From the NCBI GenBank assembly GCA_030390025.1, contig CM059431.1, forward strand, positions 127,412,001-127,476,000: DNA of 64,000 bases. Reading direction: 5' to 3'. This stretch comes from Squalus acanthias (lineage: Eukaryota). Under the pieces are notes generated by a model that saw only the letters and a list, made by a program, of their open reading frames with translations, was not told where the DNA came from and did no database searches. Each line of letters begins with the position of its first letter. Positions within the stretch are counted from its first letter, which is position 1. Of the stretch, positions 24,951 through 37,186 are shown one piece after another. A program made the position numbers and the translations under genes.

Positions 24951-25974
24951 GCTTGGCAGCAAAATGGATTCACAGGTCTCTCCAGGCTGAGATTCAAGGC
25001 TGCAATGAGCAGGGTGTGGCTGGGGAGCAAGTGGCCCCCCCCGCTTTAAGAAGTGGCCGGCGCCAGTGTGTCTGTGTTCCCTCGCTAACTGGCAGCAGCT
25101 GCGCTGCGCTCGCGTGCTGAGTTAGCACCTCACTCCTTGGCCTTAGCGCCTTAAGACAGGTGTGCTGCGCCTGATTTAGCGCTCCACTCACCTCCCGGGG
25201 CGGTAAAAGTGAAGTTTCCAGTCAGTGCCGATAATTAGCACCAGGCGCTAATATTTGCGTCCAGACGATATTTGCGCCCCAAATGGGGCGCGACCTAATT
25301 TCTACCCCTAAGTATCCTTTTAACGCCATGATAAGTGTTAATTACTGCCAATCAACCTCTCTGGCACTGAAAATTAACTATTACAAGTGTGGAGTCTCAA
25401 TCCTTCAGTTATTAATTATTGTTGGGAGATTTGAAAATTGTCAAATATAATTTTATTTTTTTTACTTTCCTTTCTGTGTCTTTTTTCTCACTGGTGACTT
25501 GTGACCTCAGAAACAAGATCCTCTGTCAAGTATTCAGATTGGTGCGCGGCTGAAAAGTTCTAACATAAACTACTCGCACCACATCACTGACTGCTTCCTT
25601 GTGCAATGTTTTCTGGGACATATAACCTACTTGCAGTTACCTTGTGCTCTGCTACTGTGTTATAAACTTTTTGGTTTATTTCAAATTTGGAACTTCATGA
25701 AGATCCTTTGCAACTTCTATATATTTCTCAAAGGGCTCCAAAATGTGCCTACATTTTTACACCAATATGTCCCAATGAATACAACATTTAGCCACTGTTT
25801 CTTTGACTGCAGTGAGGTGGATTTACATAAACATTAATGTTTTGAGGTTGTATAGTTTAATATTAAAATGCTTTAGATAATATCCCCTCAGTAACAGTCA
25901 CAGCTCAATTATTTATTCCCAACAACCAGTTTTGCAAACATCCACAACACCAGAACAAAGTGTGTGGAAATAAA

Positions 25975-26866
25975 GGGGGAGAAATTCAGTATCGCCCCAT
26001 TTGGGGCGCAATTATCGGCCGGGCGCAAAGATTAGCGCCTGGCGCTTATTATCGCCACCGACTGCAAACTTGACTTTTATCGCCCCTGGAGGTGATTGCA
26101 GCACTAAATCAGGCGCTTCACACCTGTCTTAAGGTGCAAAGGCCGAGGAGCGAGGCGCTACCTCAGAGCGCTGGCGAAGCTCATGTAATGTCAGTCAGCA
26201 ATGGAACACACACACAATGGCACGGGCCAGTTCTTAAAGGGGATGGTTAATCTTGCTTTCCATCCACATCCTGCTCATTGCAGCCTTGAATCTCGGCCTG
26301 GAGAGACCTGCACATCAAATGTGCTGGAAAGAACAATGGAGAGTACCAGGCAAAGAGCTCAGAGTGCAGCCCCCACATTCTCTGCTAACTCGATACAAGG
26401 AATGGCAAATCAAAATGAACCTGCAAAGTGCTGCTCAGTACCCAAAACTCCTTCACACAGCGTTGAATCTCTCCAGACGTCTCTCCCTCTCTCTCTCAGA
26501 ATGCGTAGTTCAAAAATGGCACCAACAATAAAAGGCAGGAAGCGGTCACCTTTAAATAGCGCTCCCCTTTCCCTTCATAACTGCAGAACGCTCCCCTCAA
26601 CCTGTTGTTGCTCGCGTCAGGCGGTAAGGCAGGGGGCGCCACTCAATATCCGCTCTGGGGCGATACCGGGGCGTTGCGCACTCGACTGACGTCATGATCT
26701 GCCGGCGCAGGAGATCGTGGCGGTAGTGTTTAGCGCCGCCGCAAAATGTCTAGTTAATTTCGCGAGCGGCGCAAACTTCGCCGCGCCTGGGCGCTAGATG
26801 CTTTGCGCCCCATTAGCGCCCTCTTAAGGCGCTAACGGGAGGCGCAACCAACTGACTTTTTCCCCC
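25975..26866 (-). mobile_element. Harbinger MITE of the 21106 family, copy 2
   Basis: TIRs GGGGGAGAAATT / GGGGGAAAAAGT; flanks AAA/TAA; colinear with copy 1. Confidence 0.92.
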
Positions 26867-27324
26867 TAACAGTTCAAAATCCTGAAGTTTCCAAATAGTG
26901 ACAAATGGTGCAGGTATGTTGAAAAAAGTCAATGACATGAAAAGACTTGTTCAAAAAAAATCCACAAAGAGAGAAAGATGGACAAGATATCCTTCAAGTG
27001 CTATGCCATGAAAGAAACAGTAATTTGGGATGAGGAAAAGATTGTGCAGATCTTTTCTGATGAAACATCTAAACTCATCTACCTGCAATCCCTAGATGTC
27101 TGTTAAGTTTAATTTATTGTTGATATATTCATGCAATCTCCTAATGGAGTCAAAGGCCCCAATATTTTCAGGGAGCATGGAGAGAGCAGTGGTGGATGCG
27201 GATGGGGATGGGGCAGTCAGAGTGGCCAGGAAACCCGGGAATACTGGTAACTTGGCGCCCCTGCCGATTTAACGACTGGACCTCATATAATTTTTTTTCT
27301 CTCTATTTTTCGGCCGGCAGCTGT

Positions 27325-27535
27325 GGATGGAAGGTCAAGAGAAATTGTGGATGGACGGTCAGGACACATTGTCGATGGACGGTCGGGAGAGAACGTGGAT
27401 GGAAGGTCGGGAGAGAATGCGGATGGAAGGTCGGGAGAGAACGCGGATGGAAGGTCGGGAGAGAATGCGGATGGAAGGTCGGGAGAGAACGCGGATGGAA
27501 GGTCGGGGGACATTGTGGTTGGAAGGTCGGGGGAG
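27325..27535. repeat. 24-bp minisatellite
   Basis: GGATGGAAGGTCGGGAGAGAAYGC, about 8 copies, degenerate at edges. Confidence 0.9.
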
Positions 27536-29242
27536 GTCGTGGATCAAAGGTTGGGGGAGATTGTGAGTGAAAGGTAGAAGGGAAATCGTGGTTGGAATGT
27601 TGGGGGAGAGATCGGATCATGGCGGGAGGGAGGCCGTTCGCGGGAAGGGAAGTGGATTTGCTTGAGGGACCGCCAGAAGCAATCCTGTTCCTCCTGGCCC
27701 ACATGCAGTGCTGGAAATGCAATTACATGCTGGATCCATCCCTTCTCGCCTCCCTTCAGCTGCCGGGTTTTCCAAGCCCGGGAAACCTGAGCTAGAGACA
27801 TTAAATTTAAAGTGTAGTAAAATTCAATGCAAAAAGACTTCATTAACATCTCATAAGGACGTTAATTGCTGCGATAAGTACCCGCCTGCTGCCAGTAATT
27901 AAAGTCGTGGCTGTGGCGAATAGGTTACTCGCAGGCATCCAAACACGCCTCCATTAAACCCGGAAGTGGGCGCAATGGAGCTGGGTTGCATTGCGATCTA
28001 AAAATAAGGGGGCAAAAATTCATGGCCGCCACGAGAGTTGCCAGTGTCACCAGCAAATCAGGTTAACAGTCGCTGAAAATGGACAAAGCGCTACCGGAGA
28101 AAAATTCACGCTGGGGGCTAAAGATTTTTAGCCCAGGCCTAACTTACTGTGTAACGCCCTCCTGGTGGCGTTAGTGCAGGCATGGAGGTCAAAGTTCCCA
28201 TCCTGAAGTGGCAATCCAGCTTTTAACAGCCTCTGGGAGCGAGGCTATGGAGTTCTCAAGGGATTCTGGGTAATTAAAATGGCTATGAATTAATATTCAA
28301 AACTAATAAAAATTAAAAAGAAGTGAAAAAATGCAGTTTTCAGCCCTTACTGCCTTTAAAAAAAAAATAACATTACAAAGAAGTCCCAAATGGGAGTCTA
28401 CAGCTCTTAAAGCTGAATTCCCTGCCGAAGCTCAAAAAATGAAAAAACTGCCTCAGCACTAACAAAAATAGCTCAGCAAGCCAGGGAAGGGGCACCCAGG
28501 GTCTTGCACACAGCACTCCAGCTTTGTGCAGGGGGTCAACACTGCAAGACTGGACCTCTACCCACAGGGGCCAGGAGGTCCTCCAGAAAGGGGGATGTGG
28601 GACCAGATCACCGAGGCTGTCACTGCCAGCAGTATTGCCCCACCACCTGGCTCCAGTCCCCATAGAAGCTTCATGACCTCAGACCAATGGTCAAGGTCAG
28701 TGAATGCATCTCAAAAGCCGTCTCCTACCAACTACACCACTAGCCTCACACATTGCTCAGTGCACAACTCCTCCCCCCCCCAATCACTCACCTACCAACA
28801 ATCTGTATCAATCACAAGGTACATCTCCCATTCCTAGCCCCACCTCATCCCCCTTGAAGGAGACACTGCAGGCCATTCTTGGCAGGGGCATGGCTGAGCC
28901 CATGGCCAAAAGCGGGGCATAAAGGATACAAGATACTGGTATCCTCATACATTATCCTCCTTCTGGCATGCACTTCTTGCTTTCCTGCCCTCCCCTCACC
29001 ACAACTCCACCCTTGTGCCTTCCTCACTTCACACACCCAAGAAATGCAGCCTGCCCAACCAGTCATTGGCCTAGAACAGGGAGAGGAGAGTGAAGAAGAA
29101 GAAACACTGTCACTTGATTTGACTCTCCCAGGCACCAGCTCCTTGAGGTCAACCAGCAAGGCTATTTGCAGTGTTCCCCCACTAGAAGTCAGCAGCCTTC
29201 CACAAGCCATGCTGCAGCCAAGTGTGTGACATCAGTAGGATA

Positions 29243-29349
29243 TGATGTGGAGATGCCGGCGTTGGACTGGGGTGGACAAAAATGAGAAGTCGCACAACAC
29301 CAGGTTATAGTCCAACAGTTGGACTATAACCTGGTGTTGTGCGACTTCT
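29243..29349 (-). mobile_element. Penelope terminal fragment with fold-back inversion
   Basis: Near-identical to 63459-63532; perfect 35-bp arms 29282-29316 / 29318-29352; CATCAGTAGGATA duplicated at 29230 and 29350. Confidence 0.85.
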
Positions 29350-29656
29350 CATCAGTAGGATAGGCAAAGGCACATGTATAAGTCAGTCACGAAGAGAATG
29401 CATAAGGGTGATGAGTTGATTTCTTGATGTCATATTGAATGGATCGATATATAAAGTTGGATTGGAAAGTTTGCTTTGTGGTGGCTTTTATTTCAGATTT
29501 GTGGCCAAGAGGACGCCGTGATGGTCAGTAACAGAGGGAAGTTAAGGTCTGGGACTAATGTTGAAAGGGGGATTGGGGTTGTGGTCACTGGGACATAGGC
29601 AGATGATTCCATCCCGGATACCCAGGCCAAAAAGGGGCAGTCTGGGTTGCATCTTT

Positions 29657-31222
29657 CCTTCCGCTTCCCCCTCGTCCGCTTCCTCCTCTTCCGCTTCCTC
29701 CTCTTCCGCTTCTTCCTCTTCCGCTTCCTCCTCTTCCGCTCCTTCCTCTTCCGCTTCCCCCTCGACCGCTTCCTCCTCTTCCGCTTCCTCCTCTTCCGCC
29801 TCCCCCTCTTCCGCTTCCTCCTCTCCCGCTTCCTCCTCTTCCGCTTCCTCCTCTTCCGCCTCCTCCTCTTCCGCTTCCCCCTCTTCTGCTTCCCCCTCTC
29901 CCGCTTCCTCCTCTTCCGCCTCCTCCTCTACCGCTTCCTCCTCTTCCGCTTCCCCCTCTTCCGCTTCCCCCTCTCCCGCTTCCTCCTCTACCGCTTCCTC
30001 CTCTACCGCTTCCTCCTCTTCCGCTTCCTCCTCTTCCGCCTCCTCCTCTTCCGCCTCCTCCTCTACCGCTTCCTGCTCTTCCGCTTCCTCCTCTTCCGCT
30101 TCCTCCTCTTCCGCTTCCTCCTCTTCCGCTTCCTCCTCTTCCGCTTCTTCCTCTACCGCTTCCTCCTCTTCCGCTTCCTCCTCTTCCGCTTCCTCCTCTT
30201 CCTCCTCTTCCGCTTCCTCCTCTTCCGCTTCCTCCTCTTCCGCTTCCCCCTCTTCCGCTTCCTCCTCTTCCGCTTCCTCCTCTTCCTCCTCTTCTGCTTC
30301 CTCCTCTACCGCTTCCTCCTCTTCCGCTTCCTCCTCTTCCGCCTCCTCCTCTTCCGCCTCCTCCTCTACCGCTTCCTGCTCTTCCGCTTCCTCCTCTTCC
30401 TCTTCCTCCTCTTCCGCTTCCTCCTCTTCCGCTTCCTCCTCTTCCGCTTCTTCCTCTACCGCTTCCTCCTCTTCCGCTTCCTCCTCTTCCGCTTCCTCCT
30501 CTTCCTCCTCTGCCGCTTCCTCCTCTTCCGCTTCCCCCTCTTCCGCTTCCTCCTCTTCCGCTTCCTCCTCTTCCTCCTCTTCCGCTTCCCCCTCTTCCGC
30601 TTCCTCCTCTTCCACTTCCTCCTCTTCCGCTTCCTCCTCTTCCGCTTCCTCCTCTTCCGCTTCTTCCTCTACCGCTTCCTCCTCTTCCGCCTCCTCCTCT
30701 TCCGCCTCCTCCTCTTCCGCCTCCTCCTCTACCGCTTCCTGCTCTTCCGCTTCCTCCTCTTCCGCTTCCTCCTCTTCCTCCTCTTCCGCTTCCTCCTCTA
30801 CCGCTTCCTCCTCTTCCGCCTCCTCCTCTTCCGCCTCCTCCTCTACAGCTTCCTGCTCTTCCTCTTCCTCCTCTTCCGCTTCTTCCTCTACCGCTTCCTC
30901 CTCTTCCGCTTGCTCCTCTTCCGCCTCCTCCTCTTCCGCCTCCTCCTCTACCGCTTCCTCCTCTTCCGCCTCCTCCTCTACCGCTTCCTCCTCTTCCGCT
31001 TCCTCCTCTTCCGCCTCCTCCTCTTCCGCCTCCTCCTCTCCGCTTCCTCCTCTTCCGCTTCCTCCTCTTCCGCCTCCTCCTCTTCCGCCTCCTCCTCTTC
31101 CGCTTCCCCCTCTTCCGCTTCCCCCTCTTCCGCTTCCCCCTCTTCCGCTTCCCCCTCTTCCGCTTCTTCCTCTTCCGCTTCCCCCTCTACCGCTTCCTTC
31201 TCTTCTGTTTCTTCTTCTTCCT
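29657..31222. repeat. ~1.55-kb 15-bp minisatellite (TTCCGCTTCCTCCTC)n
   Basis: About 100 units with variants; polypyrimidine/polypurine; reads EEEAE on minus. Confidence 0.97.
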
Positions 31223-31227
31223 TCTGC

Positions 31228-31367
31228 AAGCGGATGCTGTAAATCTGAAATGACAGCAAAAATGCTGTAAATACTCAGCAGGTCAGGCAGCATCTTGACC
31301 TGAGATGTTAACTCTGTTTCATCCACGGATGTTGCCTGACCTGCTGAGTATTTGCAGCATTTTCTGT
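31228..31367. mobile_element. Palindromic MER6-like/Penelope-like repeat inside Harbinger
   Basis: AAATACTCAGCAGGTCAGGCAGCATC ... GATGTTGCCTGACCTGCTGAGTATTT arms; same junction as 38466. Confidence 0.7.
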
Positions 31368-32633
31368 CTTCTCAGAGGCTTTCCTTTACGATCCAAAGCC
31401 TTGCAAGCATCCAGCAACACTCCCTACACACTTAAACTTTGAACATGTATTGCAGCAAGCCACTACTTCAATAAAATAAGAAAAAAGTCCAAAAGCTTAA
31501 ATGCAAACCTACCTGAAAGATGTGTGTGTCCCTTTAAGAGGTGCTGACAGACCCCCTGTGAATCTGCTTGCATGCTGGGTTTACCTGGTGTGCTTAGGAC
31601 CCAGTGCTGAACTCAGCGCTAGGGTCGAAGTTCGCCGTGGTGACTTTAAGTCGGCGTTGCATGCCGACTGATGTCACCGTACCTCATTTAAATCTGCAGG
31701 GTGATACATCTTAACAGCAGCGTTGCTGGGCCTGGGAAAATGGAGGACGCCATGGGATGCACCACCAGCTGGCAAAAGAGCGGTGGCCACTCTCTTTTCA
31801 CCATTTTTTGCAGGTAACGGGTGACATAAAACCCATGAACTTTTAGCCCGTTATTTTAACTATCCACCTGGCCTAACTCAGCCGTTCTTGGGGGTTAAAA
31901 TTCCCCCCTTTGGGAAAGCATTGTGCTGTACTGAGTATAAATATAAAGTAAGGAACTAGCCAAGAAATGTCTGTAAAATTTGCAAGGGTCCAAATATCCT
32001 CATAGTTTTCACATTACCTCAATACAAGATCTGTGGTCAAAGCAGGAAGCTCATCTGATGGCACGTTGTACAATACATGCATTAATTCAATCATTACGAA
32101 GCAATCGTCTCCGAGTACTTCAGCCTTCTGCAGCTACAAATCAAACTTTAACAGGTCCCCAGACAGTCCTTAATTTTAAAACTTTTTACTGTTAGCAAAG
32201 AGCTGAGTGTCCAGTTTGTTAACATTTAAAACAAAACCAGCAATTCGGACTCTGGTGAGTGTCAAACTCAATTTATTTGCAGGTCAGACCATTGAGAATG
32301 TTGCCGACTCAACTTCTTGAGTGGACTTGTAACTGCTTTTGCAATATTCAGCCCTATTGCGCTCTTGATTTTCTTCTTGGGATTCAGATAACATTAATGT
32401 GTGGTTGTCCTAGTGGTGCCAGAGCAAAGCGCACAGTGATGGATTCCCCATACATGAAGTAGATCCACTGCGTGTGTAAAAACTCTGAATAATGCAATAA
32501 TATAATGCATTGCACAGCAGGTCCATTAGTCAGGAAGCAGTGCTAAACTGCAGCTTTCAATTCTCCCTATTGATGCATGCAAGGAACTTCCTCATGCATT
32601 GCCTTAGAATCGTCAGTGCCTCTCGTTCATTGT

Positions 32634-33553
32634 GGGGTCGATTTTCATTTTGGCCGATGGTCCACTCTGCCCGACCGATAACGTCGGTGGGAGGCCCAAT
32701 CAATTTTTTTTGATCGGGCTTCATTTAGATATGAGTGGCAAGTCTGCAGCATGTTTCAAGCACTGATGGGCAGCTCGCCAATCGGCCTGGCAGCTGGGAA
32801 CCTGATGGCTCCTTCAGAGAGCTGAGTGGGCAGTGTTCAATTAAAGGGAGGCAGCAATCATGGGAAGGGAAGGTGTGGGTGGAGGGGAGTGTGGAAGGTC
32901 CGGCAGTTGGTGGGTTAATTTTTATGGGGACAAAAGGAGAATTCACGCTCCTCCTGGCCCCACAAAATCATTAACAGAACTTACCTAGAGCCTTGTCAGA
33001 ATGGCCACCCACAGTCCCGATAAGGACCACTGGTTAGTCTGCTCTACGTTGATTTCCTCTGGGTCAACTTTGACCGCCTTCATCTGGCGTTAACGGGAGG
33101 GGGGGGCTAACAGCCTCAAAATGATGTCAGTAGTCTTACTGTTCCTGTAACACCAGGCGAAAGTTAACACCGGCAATGTGGCCAGCACCATTTTAAAAGT
33201 GGCCTGCCCCCCCAAGTGTCCAAATCACCCATCTGTTTCAGGTGATGGGCCCCTTTTAATATGGAAATCAGGGTCCTATGACATAAATAGGGCCCTGAAT
33301 GCCATTTTATGTTGGAACTGGTCAGAGCTTGCGCAGTTCAGGCTTCGACCAGTTCGGCGGGCGATGGAAGAGAAGAGGCCCAGCAAAGGAAAGTCTGGAA
33401 TTATTTTTGTGGGCCTTGGAGGAGCAAGCGGTGCCCACAAAAATAATCTGGAATGCTGGAGCCGCAAAATCGCGGGGGGCCATGTCACTGCCAGACTAGG
33501 CGGCCGACCAGTGCGCTCCGCCAGTCAGCCGCCCAGAAGTCAAAATAGACCCC
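32634..33553. mobile_element. Harbinger-like MITE
   Basis: TIRs GGGGTCGATTTT / GGGGTCTATTTT (rc). Confidence 0.7.
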
Positions 33554-34398
33554 ATTATATGGGGCTTGCACTGTGCATCCATCAGCCGCTGGAACACTAA
33601 CATTTCACTTGGGTGCTAGGTACATCATAGGACCCCAGCTTGCATCAACTAATGAAGCTCCCGCCTATTTCGAGTGGGAGTGTTGGAAGCCTATTTCCTG
33701 ACCCGCTTCAAAATTGTGGCAGGCCGGGCATGTTTGCACTGACTTTCCACGCTCACTGTTAACTCAAGGCAGAGTCTGAATGTGACTAAAACATTCAAGT
33801 AAGTAAACCACATAATGATTCAGTAATTGTAGTCTGACTAAAATCAATTGTGATCCACCCCCACAATGAGTTACTAATTGCTGTTCATAAACTGCTCGTG
33901 TTAAAATGACTTGTCAAACATTTGCTGTAATGTGAACAGGTGTTACTAATGCCCAATTCCATTTTTATTACATGTGGACATTATTCGAATTTCCATCAAG
34001 TGGATTGTAACCCCTTTTTAATAACAATAATAGGGAAGAAACAGTATCCTGAAAATGTCCCTGATATGAATAGGAATGTTAGTTGTATATTCTGGGGCAC
34101 ATAGTACAGCAATCTGAGGAATTGGATCAACTCAACAATACTCTGTAACCATCTTCCAAAGCAGCACAGAAATCTTTCATTGGTTATGGAAATAGACCAT
34201 TGACCTCGACGTTGACATCGCTGTGCTGTTAACAATTTGCATTTCCAGCAATTTGCGAGCTGAAGGGTGAGGTAAGCAGTCCAGTCCATGTCGCTCGCTG
34301 TGAGATGTGTCACACAAGCAATTTCTGCGGTCAATTAATTGTGTTCTTAATTTCATGTTAAATACTCTTAGAAAGCTAACAATTTAGTGTTGAAAGAT

Positions 34399-36300
34399 TG
34401 TAAAGATCAAATCCTCTCTTAGTTTCAGGATTCTTTGGCCATTTTTCCATAGAAAGGATATGTGTTATTTTAAAATGTGTCTTGAGTTAAAGCTTGCTTT
34501 AAAGGGTTAATTACTCAGGACAGCCACATTCTGGGTTGTGAATCCAAAGTGGAATGTGAAGCAAGACGGGAAACTGCATGGAGAAAGGTTCTGCTCTGAA
34601 GTACAGAATAGGATGCAGAAATGATTCCATTTAAGTTAAATAAGACAACTTATTAACTGGGAGTTGCTCCAGGTGTTCTTTATTTTGTGTCATAACATGA
34701 ATATAACTCGATCAGTCTTCAGAGAGGTTGATGAAGTAAATGCACAAAAAACACTGAGATAGGGTCTAGATCACAAGCGAGTTTCATTATTGCACTAGAT
34801 TTAGGAAAAGCTACCATAAAAGTAAAGCATTCAGTTCACTTATTGAGCAGCTAATACCATTGAACCCGAGAATATCTCTACAGCAGACCCAAAGTCGCAA
34901 CATCTTTTTTCTAACCAAGTTCTCCTCTGCTCCTATCTTGGCGGTGCTTACAGGCATAGGAATCCAAAGGCACCAGTCACTCTCCAGTACCTCATCCAAG
35001 TGGCAATCATTCATCTGTGAACTGTAAAGTTTCCAAAATTTGCAGATCCCCAAAAATCTAAGGAAAAAGGACTTTGGAACTACCCTAGAGTGATAAAAAT
35101 AAGGAATTTAAGACCAAAACCAGGCTTTGGCATTTTAAAAGAACATGTCTGGACATGTAAGGAAGAGGGGGCTGCACAGCACGTGGGATCAACCTCTGTA
35201 AATAGCAGTTTTGGGTATTGCATTGTCTGGGAATTCAAACCCCAGCAAACATTAACATTTGGACAATAGGCCCTGGGAGAAGGCAGCCCCACCCAAAACA
35301 CAGGAACTATTAAAACTATCACAGAACCCATTAAAGAGATGCATAAAGATAGGAGTGCTAGGCCCAGCAAGAAACCCAAAACATAAGGACAATGCAAACT
35401 CCGATTAAACAACAGATCGACAGGACGCAAGCCATTTGACACTCAGTAAAGTCGTTACTTTTGACGAGGTCTTACAATGACCAGGATTTGATTTGGTTCT
35501 GACAAGGCCACTTCAATTTAGCATAATTGAAGGCTCATCAAGCAGTTACAACAGTTCAGTAAGAAGAGAGTTCAGGACAATTTAACACCAAGTTAAACCC
35601 ATCAAAACTTAACAAGCCCGCAAAACCAAGACAATGGAATGAAGAGGCCTCAACTGAAACCTAAATCACTTCAACACAAAACCGTTTTAGCAAGGGGTTT
35701 TGGCGCGAAAAAGACAAAGTGGTCCGGAACAGTATAATTGGGTGCCTAATCCCCCAAGACTCGCTCTCTCTCTGGACTCTCTGTCAACGCTCGCACATCT
35801 CTCTCTCGGCTCTGTTCCAGAAGCAGCACGTTCCAGCAGGACACAGACGGATCTACCAGCCACACGACACGAGCAGAAGGAGGAGAGAAGCAGCAAGTTC
35901 CAGCAAGACCCTCGACGACCAGACCACCATCGCAATCAACTTACCTGGCTGGATTTCGCACTGTTAAAACCCCTGTTTGGTGAGCATTATCCCTGATCTC
36001 CTGAAACCGAAACCTAGCTAGATAGTGGGATTTTTGGGAGGGATAAGGGTTTTTGTATATTGTCATTCTCCCTCGCCTGTACCGTGTGTTCCCCAACCTG
36101 TTTAAGTGTTAAGTGTGTTTTAAGTTTGTTACCTTTTTCTTTTAATAAAAGTCAAAATTCTTTCATCGGAACCTGTTGTCTACTGCATCTTTATTCACAA
36201 CCCCTAAATAAGTCCAAGTTTTGAACCTGGGGCGTGGGAGCAATTCGAACCGCTCACTGAGTCAGGGGTAAGGCTGACCCCTACCACACCACCCCCTACA
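34399..36300 (+). mobile_element. Possible long solo LTR (left boundary uncertain)
   Basis: TGTAAAG start candidate, AATAAA ~36144, ends ...CCCCTACA; no matching TSD found. Confidence 0.3.
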
Positions 36301-37009
36301 GAACCCTGATAATAAATATGCTATTAGACTGCAAAGGGGACAACAGCCAAGCAGGGCAATCATTGAACCAGTAGTAGGAAGCCTAGCCAATTTTCCCTGA
36401 GCTTAATTATAGCATCTCCACCACATCCTCAAGCAAGATGAGCTAATGCAGCACAGGTTAAGAATTGAACCTGGGACCTTCCTTGTCTTTATCACTCAGC
36501 TACTCAATGGATAAGTCCTCTGAGCCATTGAGGGACTCAGATCATAGGAATACAGAAGAACATAGGAATGTACACAACCTCAAAAGACCAGTGCACTCTA
36601 TCTGGCTGGTCCCACTGTCTAAGTAATATCATATCAAATCCTGTTTAATACAAAGTTTGGGGGAAAAAACACATTGATCTTGGAGGATTCCACCTCATTG
36701 CGCAGTGGAAAGTCCAAATTTTAGTGGTGAGTAGGAACTTCAAAGCAGAATTAGGAAGTTGTATCAGAAAGATTAATTGAATAAATTTTAATGTGGTTAG
36801 TACATTGCTTGTCTTGCATGAGTGCAAATTGATTTTCATGTTATATCAACATTTTCTGAATATAGGGGTAATTTTATGAATTTGCACTGTAGAGAATGCT
36901 TGTCCACATTCTTGCTGTGAGCTCCCAGCAGGTGAATTGCCTGGAGTGCATATTTGCTCAATTATTCCTTATAACCGCAGTGTAAGTGAAAAGGAAAAAC
37001 AACTGGAAG

Positions 37010-37186
37010 TGCTATAAATCTAAAATAAAACAGAAAATGCTGAAAGCACATCGCAGGCCCATCAAGATCTGAAAAGGGAAATGACAGGTTAACATTTTGG
37101 CTAGAGGCCTGGCAAAGTATTCTGAACATTAACCTTTTCCCTTGAGATGCTGACAGACCTGCTCTGTAATTCCAGCATTTTCTGTA
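37010..37186. mobile_element. Degraded palindromic MER6-like repeat
   Basis: ACAGAAAATGCTG ... CAGCATTTTCTGT arms, related to 38466-38612. Confidence 0.6.

Larger units (their letters stand above)
21106..25308 (+). mobile_element. Full-length near-autonomous PIF/Harbinger transposon (4203 bp)
   Basis: TIRs GGGGTAAAAATT / GGGGTAGAAATT (rc); TAA at 21103-21105 and 25309-25311; convergent transposase and Myb/SANT genes. Confidence 0.97.
28008..31850 (-). mobile_element. Internally deleted Harbinger (Myb remnants on +, transposase tail on -)
   Basis: TIRs GGGGGCAAAAATTCATGG / CGGGCTAAAAGTTCATGG (rc), flanks TAA/TTA; interior is the inverted homolog of 37995-40315. Confidence 0.78.
27155..31907. 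mobile_element. Harbinger-like non-autonomous element (27155-28007 + 31851-31907) split by a nested element
   Basis: GGCCCCAATATTTT left, TAAAATTCCCCC right; GGAAACCCG subterminal motifs as in the 8715 family. Confidence 0.55.

Noticed and set aside
24412..27535. 54-bp and 24-bp repeats as CRISPR arrays
   Set aside because: Head-to-tail units with no unique spacers, no cas genes, eukaryotic context
29542..31326. 594/570/531-aa ORFs as host genes
   Set aside because: By-products of a stop-free 15-bp minisatellite inside a transposon remnant
33996..34334. Possible host exon
   Set aside because: Splice-like sites exist but frames hit stops or give no recognisable protein
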